A stretch of 64,000 nucleotides of DNA from an uncultured Actinomycetes bacterium (GTDB taxonomy: Bacteria; Actinomycetota; Thermoleophilia; Gaiellales; Gaiellaceae). Where the stretch lies: the NCBI GenBank assembly GCA_963796555.1, contig CAWCLZ010000006.1:14415-78414 (forward strand). Direction: 5' to 3'. Positions within the stretch are counted from its first letter, which is position 1; each line of letters opens with the position of its first letter. Positions 57,971 through 64,000 of this stretch are shown here, piece by piece. The notes beneath the pieces were generated by a model, which saw only the letters and a program-made list of their open reading frames with translations, was not told the DNA's origin and ran no database searches. A program made the translations under genes and the position numbers.

Positions 57971-58435
57971 ATGACGGCCACGATGAAGGTGTTCCAGCAC
58001 GAGACGCGCCTCCGCACCGCCGGCGGCCTCACCGTCACCGACATCACCGAGGAAGTGCAGGCCGCGGTGCGCGAGAGCGGCGTCGGCAACGGCATCGCCT
58101 GCATCTACTCGCCGCACACGACCTGCTGCGTGCGTGTGAACGAGCTGGAGACGGGCTTCCTCGAGGACTTCTGCACCCTGCTCCGCCGGCTCGTGCCGCA
58201 CGACTCGTACTACGCGCACGACGACTGGGACCGGCGCACCGAGAACATCTGCCCCGAGGACATGGATCAGGGCAACGGCCACTCCCACTGCATGGCGATG
58301 CTGCTCGGCACCGCCGGGGAGTCGGTCCCGGTGCGCGAGGGCGAGCTCCAGCTCGGAACGTGGCAGCGCGTCCTCTTCATCGAGCTCGACCGCGAGCGCG
58401 ACCGGCGCTGGCTCGTCCAGGTCGTCGGCACGTAG
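57971..58435 (+). CDS. yjbQ: YjbQ/UPF0047 family protein (secondary thiamine-phosphate synthase)
   Basis: HTTCCVRVNE, GNGHSH and LGTWQRV motifs. Confidence 0.88.
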   Translation: MTATMKVFQHETRLRTAGGLTVTDITEEVQAAVRESGVGNGIACIYSPHTTCCVRVNELETGFLEDFCTLLRRLVPHDSYYAHDDWDRRTENICPEDMDQGNGHSHCMAMLLGTAGESVPVREGELQLGTWQRVLFIELDRERDRRWLVQVVGT

Positions 58436-58843
58436 CTAGCTACCGAGGCCGGCCGCGTCGATCCGGTTCGCGGCCGCCTGGGCGATGGCCGTGACGTCAG
58501 CGCTGCTGACCGCCTTCGCGCGCGCCATGAAGATGCGGAGCGCCGACACAGACAGATCCGGCCGGCCGCGCGGCGGCCCGGCCTTCTGTTTCGGCAGCTT
58601 CACGGGCTTCGCGTGCAGGCGGCCCTTGCGCGCAAGCCGGAACCGGGCGTCGAGCTTCGCCGCCAGCTGCGGCGCCGGCGCCTCGGCCGGCGCGGGGTCG
58701 CCGGCCTCGACGATGACGTCGAGGACGTAGGGGCCGTCGGCGACCCGCTCGTCGATCCCCGAGACCGGAGCGATGTTCGCGGCGCCGTAGCTCGGGAAGT
58801 AGGCGAAGTGGCTCGTCTTCGCCGCCGGGGCCGGCAACTGCAC
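58436..58843 (-). CDS. Hypothetical protein
   Basis: 135-aa ORF (GTG start uncertain, frame open further upstream). Its stop abuts the yjbQ stop (TAGCTA). Confidence 0.4.
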   Translation of the reverse strand: MQLPAPAAKTSHFAYFPSYGAANIAPVSGIDERVADGPYVLDVIVEAGDPAPAEAPAPQLAAKLDARFRLARKGRLHAKPVKLPKQKAGPPRGRPDLSVSALRIFMARAKAVSSADVTAIAQAAANRIDAAGLGS

Positions 58844-58907
58844 GGGGACGCTCGTGACCGAGAAGTCGGGATTGTCGAGCCGGCTCAGCTCGGAATCGCT
58901 CTTCTGC

Positions 58908-59567
58908 CTAGTGGCCGTTGATCGAGAAGTGCATGTAGTCCTTGGTCGAGCCGACCCAGGAGCCTCCCCAGCCCCAGCCGATCGAGGCGAAGGCGCGGCG
59001 CACGGCCGGTGTCACCATCCCCGGCCGGCGCCGGGAGCGGTTCAGGTAGGAGCGCGCGGTCTTGTCGCGCGTCATCCCGCACCCGACGTACGGGTTCTCG
59101 CGCGGATCGAGGTCGACCGCCTCGCCGAAGGCGTGCATCGACCAGTGGTGCGTGGACGACGAGCTGCTGCACGGGGACGCCGCCGCGTCGCGGCACTCGA
59201 AGGACGCGGTGACGTCTCCGTTCGGGTGAGGATGCGGGCCGTACATCGACGCGAAGGCGCCGTCCCGGATCGGGAACCGGAGCCGGTAGAGCTTCGCGAA
59301 GACCGTGGCGAGCGGGTACGCGACCTGCTGGTTGACGACGATCTGGCCGAGGTGCGTCTGCCGGTCGAAGCCGTAGTACCGGTAGCTGAGCACGCGCAGC
59401 TGCGACAGCCAGACGGGGCAGCCGTGGTGCCACTCGCCGGCCGTCTTGATCGCCTGCCGCTGCGCGGGCGTGAGCCGGGCGACACCGGTGCCGCTCGTTG
59501 CTGCGTGCGTCGTCGCTGCGGTGAACGTGATGACGGTGGCGAGGACGGCGACGGCAAGGATCTTCAT
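58908..59567 (-). CDS. M15 family metallopeptidase (D-Ala-D-Ala carboxypeptidase/VanY-like), secreted
   Basis: Signal peptide MKILAVAVLATVITFTAATTHA. HAFGEAVDL and DYMHFS metal-ligand motifs. Confidence 0.8.
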   Translation of the reverse strand: MKILAVAVLATVITFTAATTHAATSGTGVARLTPAQRQAIKTAGEWHHGCPVWLSQLRVLSYRYYGFDRQTHLGQIVVNQQVAYPLATVFAKLYRLRFPIRDGAFASMYGPHPHPNGDVTASFECRDAAASPCSSSSSTHHWSMHAFGEAVDLDPRENPYVGCGMTRDKTARSYLNRSRRRPGMVTPAVRRAFASIGWGWGGSWVGSTKDYMHFSINGH

Positions 59568-59606
59568 CCGTCGGCCATGGTGCCAGTGATCGGCCCGGGC
59601 CGCAGC

Positions 59607-60704
59607 TCAGGCGGCTGCTGCTGCGGGCTTCTCGACCACGGCTGCGTTGCGCGTCTGCTTGGCCTTCTTGACCAGCCGGCTCGCCGCCTCGAGGGCGTCC
59701 TGGGCGGGACGCGTCTCGTCGAGCAGCACAGCGCCGACGCAGCCGGTGATCGTGCGCGGCCGCCCGTCGATCGCGAACGGCCGGGTCGCGAGGAGCAGGC
59801 GGAGACGCTCGGCGAAGTCGGCCAGCTCTGCGGCGTCGACGTGCGGGGCGAGCACGACGAACTCCTCCCCGCCCCAGCGGAAGACGAGGTCGCTGGCGCG
59901 CAGCTCGCTCCGCAGCCGCTGGTGGACGTCGACCAGCAACTGGTCTCCGGCCGCGTAGCCGTAGGTGTCGTTGACCGTCTTGAAGCGGTCGAGGTCGAGG
60001 AAGCAGAGCGCCGCCGTCCGTCCGCCGCGCTTGATCCGCGCCTGCTCGTACGTGAGCGCCTCGGCAAGCGCGTAGCGGTTCGGCGCGTCCGTCAGCGCGT
60101 CGACCCGCGCGCGGGAACGTTCCGCCGCAATCGTCCGCTCGAGGCGACGGCGGAACCGGTTCGCCCAGGCTGCGACGAGCAACAGGCCCGCGGCGAACAC
60201 TAGCGCGAGCCCCGGCGCCGTCGGGACGAGGTAGAGGAACACGACGAGCAACGGCGCCGGGAGGAACCAGCTGACGGCGAGCGGGCGCCACGCCGCCCGC
60301 AGCTCGCGGCGGAAGCCGGGACCGAGCAGCCGCAGCGCAACCCGGGCGTCCAGCACGAACCCGGTCACGAGCCCTACGGTCGCGGCCGCCACGGCACCGG
60401 AAACGCCGTGTTGCGCGAGCTGCTCTCCGACCACGCCGACCACGAGCCCCTGCAGCGCACCGGCAATCGCGCACGCGACACGCTTGCGTCGGAGGCCGCT
60501 GCCCGCAAACGCCTCGGTCGAAGCGCCGGCGACGGCACCCACCAGCGGCCCGCCGACGAGCGCCGCAGCCACGAGGAACGGGCCTGAGAGGGAGACGCGT
60601 GTCCGCCGCCCCACGACGAGGTCGAGCCGTCCGGCGAGCGCCGTCAGCACGACGAGGACGAGCGCAGCCGGAACCCCGATGTCGAGGCCGATGGGGGCAG
60701 GCAT
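59607..60704 (-). CDS. Diguanylate cyclase (GGDEF) with N-terminal multi-TM sensor domain
   Basis: About 6 TM helices, then DALTDAPNR, LDLDRFKTVND and an intact GGEEF active site. Confidence 0.88.
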   Translation of the reverse strand: MPAPIGLDIGVPAALVLVVLTALAGRLDLVVGRRTRVSLSGPFLVAAALVGGPLVGAVAGASTEAFAGSGLRRKRVACAIAGALQGLVVGVVGEQLAQHGVSGAVAAATVGLVTGFVLDARVALRLLGPGFRRELRAAWRPLAVSWFLPAPLLVVFLYLVPTAPGLALVFAAGLLLVAAWANRFRRRLERTIAAERSRARVDALTDAPNRYALAEALTYEQARIKRGGRTAALCFLDLDRFKTVNDTYGYAAGDQLLVDVHQRLRSELRASDLVFRWGGEEFVVLAPHVDAAELADFAERLRLLLATRPFAIDGRPRTITGCVGAVLLDETRPAQDALEAASRLVKKAKQTRNAAVVEKPAAAAA

Positions 60705-60984
60705 GAACGCATTGAACAGCCGCCGCCGGACGCGGACGGGGCCCCCTGAGGGCGGCCCCGCGCGTGATTCGGTGCTGCTGGGTGACTACGGAGTGACGGT
60801 GATCGCCGTGGGCGCGGCCGTCGTCCCCGAGGTCACGGAGGACGTCATCTTGGCGTCCGAGTGCCACGTGCCCGTCTTCTTGCTGAAGATGTCGAACGGA
60901 ATCGACACCAACCCGCCGGGCACCGGCGACCCCAGTACCGGCCGGTACTCCGTGTTGTCCGCCGGCGCGGACGGCAGGCCCGCT

Positions 60985-61266
60985 CATCACGTTCAAGTTG
61001 CGGCAACGAGGGACCGCCGCCAGGCGCCCCGTCCTGCCGGCGGCAAGGTCGCGCCGACCCACGCGGGCAAGCGGCTCAAGTTCGTCTTCCAGCGCCTCTC
61101 AGGCGGGAGATGGCACAGCGTCGCCTCGCAACAGCTCCCAATCCGCCGCGGCGGCGCTGTGCGCGACTCCTTCACGGCGCACGCGGCCGGCTCCTACCGC
61201 AGGAAAGCGTTCTTTGCAGGGGACGCCGCGTCAGCCTCAGGCTGGCTGCGATTTGGCGTTCGCTAG
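60985..61266 (+). pseudogene. Possible remnant of an Ig-like/beta-sandwich domain gene
   Basis: VQVAATRD...GKVAPTHAGKRLKFVFQRLSGGRWHSVASQQLPIRRGGAVRDSFTAHAAGSYRRKAFFAGDAASASGWLRFGV has the alternating pattern of such domains. There is no plausible N-terminus and many A/T-ending codons. Confidence 0.3.
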
Positions 61267-61304
61267 AGCAGGACGCGCGTTAACGCTTCGCGAGGTCGCG
61301 ATTG

Positions 61305-61568
61305 CTAGATGCCGAGGATCTGCTTCTTCTTTGCCGCGAACTCTTCTTCGGTGATGAGGCCTTGCTCCTTCATCGCCGCGTACTTCTGGATCTCCGCGGC
61401 GTCGTCGGTCTCGGCCGGCGCGGCCGGAGCCGGAGCGGCTGCCTGCTGCGGGGCTTGTTGTGGCGCGGCGGCGGCCTGGCTCCTCTGGGCACTCTTGGCG
61501 CCCATGTGCGCCGCCCCGCCTACCACGACCGCTGTCCCGATCAATCCCGGACCTCTACGTCCTCTCAT
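61305..61568 (-). CDS. SHOCT domain protein
   Basis: GAGGGGAG SD before ATG 61568. C-terminal IQKYAAMKEQGLITEEEFAAKKKQILGI is a SHOCT motif. Confidence 0.7.
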   Translation of the reverse strand: MRGRRGPGLIGTAVVVGGAAHMGAKSAQRSQAAAAPQQAPQQAAAPAPAAPAETDDAAEIQKYAAMKEQGLITEEEFAAKKKQILGI

Positions 61569-61591
61569 TTCGGGCTCCCCTCTCTTCTTGG

Positions 61592-62029
61592 TTACGCCTT
61601 GGCTTCTTCCAGCGCCCACTCGCGCGCTGCCTGGACGATGTCATGCGGGATGCGCTCGAACGCGACCATGACTCCGCCCGCATCGCGGATCGACTGCGCA
61701 ACCTTGCGAGCCCACACGTTCTCCCAGACCAACACAGCCGCCGAGAAGTTCGGCTCGAGGTTCTGACCGATCGCCAGCAGCTCCTCATCGTTGAAGAGCC
61801 CCTGCACCTCCATGTCGAGCGCGTCGAGCGCCTCCTGCACGTCCGGATCGAGCTCGGTGACCTCGAGTGTGAAGATTTCCCCCTTCTCGTCCTTCCCGAC
61901 GAACGCCGTATCGATGATGCGAACCGTGCCTGCCTTAACAAGGTCTTCGAGCGCAGGCACGATCTCACCCTTGAACTGGTTCCCCGGGAACGCAACTACC
62001 ACGTAATCGACGGGTCCGATCTCTTCCAT
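61592..62029 (-). CDS. Hypothetical protein, DUF6325/DUF1269-like (family name from memory, uncertain)
   Basis: MEEIGPVDYVVVAFPGNQFKGEIVPALEDLVKAGTVRIIDTAFVGKD. GGAAGGGAG SD. Confidence 0.65.
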   Translation of the reverse strand: MEEIGPVDYVVVAFPGNQFKGEIVPALEDLVKAGTVRIIDTAFVGKDEKGEIFTLEVTELDPDVQEALDALDMEVQGLFNDEELLAIGQNLEPNFSAAVLVWENVWARKVAQSIRDAGGVMVAFERIPHDIVQAAREWALEEAKA

Positions 62030-62191
62030 CCCGTTCTCCCTTCCTGTCGACGTCAGCCTCCCGCAGTCCAACATGCTGCTTGCGACTGCTCGACGGCATG
62101 CGACTCGGCGCCCCAGCGCAACCAAGGCTATTCGGCCGGCGTCGGAGGCCGCATCGACCGTTTGGGGTGATGAGTGGGAGACACTCCAGAG

Positions 62192-62836
62192 TCAGACAGG
62201 CGAGTTGGATCTTGGAGCTCGTGGGTCGGGGGCCGGCCGTCGTATGCCGACGTCGTCGAGCGCGGCCGCGACCAGCTGGTCGAAGCGTCCCGCGGCGAGG
62301 TCGCCGAGCGGATCTCGCGTGTAGCCGAGCAGCGTCAGGTACGAGAGTCCAAAACCCGCGCGCATCGCGAGCAGCCGGCGACGCTCCGGGTCGTGCGTGT
62401 CGACGAGCGCCGCATTCGCTGCTCCGAGCTGGCGGATCTGCCGCACCCTGGGCGGCAGCATGATCACAAGCAGGAGGACCGTCGGCAGGATGAACACGAG
62501 CAGGCCGAGCGTCAACGCCAATTGGTGCACCTTGTCCTCTCCCTGCTGTCCAAGCTCGGCCACCTTCCCGCCGCTCCCCTGACCCGCCTGCCCGAGCGCG
62601 TGAGCGAGGCTCCCGCCCACCAGCGGGATCCCGTCGACCGCGCCCGCCGCGGAGCCGAACCCGCTCTCGACCGAGAGGCCGGCGCTCTTCACACCCGAAC
62701 CGAGCACCGCCATCCCGTCCACGACGTTGTGGACCTTGTAGCCCGTCCACGCGAACAGCAGGACGAGGCCGATGAAGGCGAGGTCGCGGAAGATCGTCGA
62801 ACGCCGCTTCGACGGCACGTCCGGATAGAGCTTCAT
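62192..62836 (-). CDS. Hypothetical membrane protein
   Basis: 214 aa. Two TM segments flank a Gly/Ser/Ala-rich loop. Confidence 0.6.
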   Translation of the reverse strand: MKLYPDVPSKRRSTIFRDLAFIGLVLLFAWTGYKVHNVVDGMAVLGSGVKSAGLSVESGFGSAAGAVDGIPLVGGSLAHALGQAGQGSGGKVAELGQQGEDKVHQLALTLGLLVFILPTVLLLVIMLPPRVRQIRQLGAANAALVDTHDPERRRLLAMRAGFGLSYLTLLGYTRDPLGDLAAGRFDQLVAAALDDVGIRRPAPDPRAPRSNSPV

Positions 62837-62852
62837 CGACCGACGACCCGAG

Positions 62853-62921
62853 TTAGCGGCGCGCGGGGATCAGCGCCCCAATGAGCCAGAGCAGCGGTAT
62901 GAAGAGGCCGATCAGAAGCAT
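62853..62921 (-). CDS. Possible 22-aa hydrophobic peptide (MLLIGLFIPLLWLIGALIPARR)
   Basis: Small ORF 16 nt upstream of the 62836 gene on the same strand. Not in the ORF track. Weak support. Confidence 0.25.
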   Translation of the reverse strand: MLLIGLFIPLLWLIGALIPARR

Positions 62922-63013
62922 CACCCAAACGTGGAGCGCAGGCTAGGGGCAGACCCCGGCTAAGCCCTCATCCGATGAGGATGAGGAGGCGGACGGGTGT
63001 GCGAATGAGTTAG

Positions 63014-63372
63014 TGGAGGCGGCGGGAATCGAACCCGCGTCCGCAGCCGCACCGGCTGAGCGTCTACAAGCTTAGGCTGCCCTTTCGATTCGCCCGCCGG
63101 CCGGGGTGCAGCCGCCCTACCGCCGGACTAGCCGATCCTTCGGTGTCGCGCTCCGGGCGATCAGCTCTCCCTCGGCGCCGAGCCCGTTCGTTGGCGCCGC
63201 CTCCGAGCCACGGGCACACCCGGGGCGGCGTCGCCGACTAGGTCTCCCTAGGCAGCGAGTGCGAGATCGTTCTTCGCACTTGCGTTTTGCCGGTGGATTT
63301 ACGAGGCCAACCGGCGACCTCGGCTTGCAACTCATCCGGATGGATCGACCACGTCGAAGCCAGGTCGCCCCC
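63014..63372 (-). ncRNA. ssrA: tmRNA (SsrA)
   Basis: 5' GGGGGCGACCTGGCTTCGACG and 3' GGGTTCGATTCCCGCCGCCTCCA form a tRNA-Ala-like acceptor with G3:U70. Internal tag frame ends ...AKNDLALAA-TAG (stop at 63248-63250). smpB is adjacent. Confidence 0.9.
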
Positions 63373-63386
63373 GTATGTTCGTCCGA

Positions 63387-63392
63387 ATTGTA
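63387..63392 (-). promoter_or_regulatory. Candidate -10 hexamer TACAAT for ssrA
   Basis: TACAAT on the minus strand 14 nt upstream of the mature tmRNA 5' end. Confidence 0.45.
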
Positions 63393-63398
63393 GCCGGG

Positions 63399-63866
63399 CT
63401 AGCGCCGCAGGCTCTTGAGCTCGCGCTCGATCTCCCGCCGCGCGTCCCGGGCTGCGACGTCGCGGCGCTTGTCACGCAGCTCCTTGCCGCGCGCGAGGGC
63501 GAGCTCGACCTTGACCTTGCCGCCCTTGAAGTAGAGCCGCGTCGGCACGAGCGTGAAGCCCTTCTCCGCGACGCTCGACGCGAGCCGCTCGATCTCCCTG
63601 CGGTGGAGGAGGAGCTTCCGCGGCCGGTCCGGGTCGTGGTTCGCGCGATTCCCCTCGATGTACTCGGGCACGTGGAGGCCGACGAGCCACGCCTCGCCTT
63701 CCCGCACCTCGGCGTACGCCTGTTGCAGCGTCGCCTCGCCGCCGCGCAGCGACTTCACCTCGGTCCCGCTGAGGACCAGGCCGGCCTCGACGCGGTCCGA
63801 GAGGTGATACTCGTGACGCGCGCGCCGGTTGTCGACGATCAGCTTCTCTCCGCTCGGGCTCGCCAT
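63399..63866 (-). CDS. smpB: SsrA-binding protein SmpB
   Basis: NRRARHEY, GTEVKSLR and LLLHRREI motifs. Confidence 0.93.
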   Translation of the reverse strand: MASPSGEKLIVDNRRARHEYHLSDRVEAGLVLSGTEVKSLRGGEATLQQAYAEVREGEAWLVGLHVPEYIEGNRANHDPDRPRKLLLHRREIERLASSVAEKGFTLVPTRLYFKGGKVKVELALARGKELRDKRRDVAARDARREIERELKSLRR

Positions 63867-63892
63867 GGCGGGCCAAGTGTAGGCTCGGCCGG

Positions 63893-64000
63893 GTGGACGA
63901 CCTCACGCTCGCGCAGCTGCAGGAGTTGGGGTCGTTCGGGTTTCCCGGCCTGCTCGGAATCGACTTCGAGGAGACCGAGGGCGGCGGCGTGCGCGCGCAC
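63893..64000 (+). CDS. Possible PaaI-type hotdog thioesterase, N-terminal fragment running off the right edge
   Basis: VDDLTLAQLQELGSFGFPGLLGIDFEETEGGGVRA resembles the PaaI/YbdB N-terminus. Confidence 0.45.
   Translation, partial: MDDLTLAQLQELGSFGFPGLLGIDFEETEGGGVRAH

Noticed and set aside
60703-61266. Plus-strand ORF starting at ATG 60703 (MNALNSRRRTRTG...) as an intact gene divergent from the GGDEF gene.
   Set aside because: The N-terminal two thirds are low-complexity and shadow-like. Only the last roughly 90 codons look protein-like, so it was treated as a remnant.

Overview
Very GC-rich window (third codon positions almost all G/C). It looks like a core-chromosome segment of an Actinomycetota-like bacterium: WhiA, PdxS/PdxT, HemQ, many apparently leaderless gene starts, and a tmRNA with a G3:U70 acceptor stem. 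A deep-branching lineage such as Thermoleophilia or Rubrobacteria is only a guess. I see about 80 protein genes, one tRNA-Met(CAT) and one tmRNA. I found no rRNA, no CRISPR array and no recognisable transposase, integrase or phage gene. Main blocks, left to right:
- glpX (partial), argS and an RCK potassium-channel homologue.
- A glycolysis operon (whiA-gap-pgk-tpiA-gpmI) followed by an ECF sigma factor.
- ogt, pruA, uvrC and hemQ.
- A ccmE-ccmF cytochrome c maturation operon.
- Phosphomannomutase, rel, recJ and ruvCAB-yebC.
- pdxS/pdxT, add, and a cell-envelope cluster (OatA-like acyltransferase plus polysaccharide deacetylase).
- REC-HD-GYP and GGDEF proteins, msrA, an ABC-2 exporter and two MFS transporters.
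- lepB, yjbQ, smpB and ssrA.

I did not find a convincing new multi-gene system such as a defence island. The observations most worth a second look are:
- A 24-nt repeat that could form a G-quadruplex. It is present twice (23/24 identical), once inside the ogt linker and once upstream of recJ.
- A variant System I Ccm module. CcmE has Cys instead of the heme-binding His (CPSHY) and is co-transcribed with CcmF and three uncharacterised small membrane proteins.
- Pervasive TANNNT-N6-8-start (leaderless) architecture, including a motif shared by the divergent ogt and pruA promoters.
- Several indel-disrupted genes: a class V aminotransferase, a GNAT gene and a lipoprotein gene.
- A 13-nt direct repeat of the tRNA 3' end flanking lepB.
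- Mirrored palindromic hairpins downstream of rel.
- An unannotated 42-codon Cys-containing ORF with the strongest Shine-Dalgarno seen in the window.
- Unusually frequent TAG stop codons.

Many long Arg/Ala/Pro-rich ORFs in the six-frame track are antisense shadows of real genes and were ignored.
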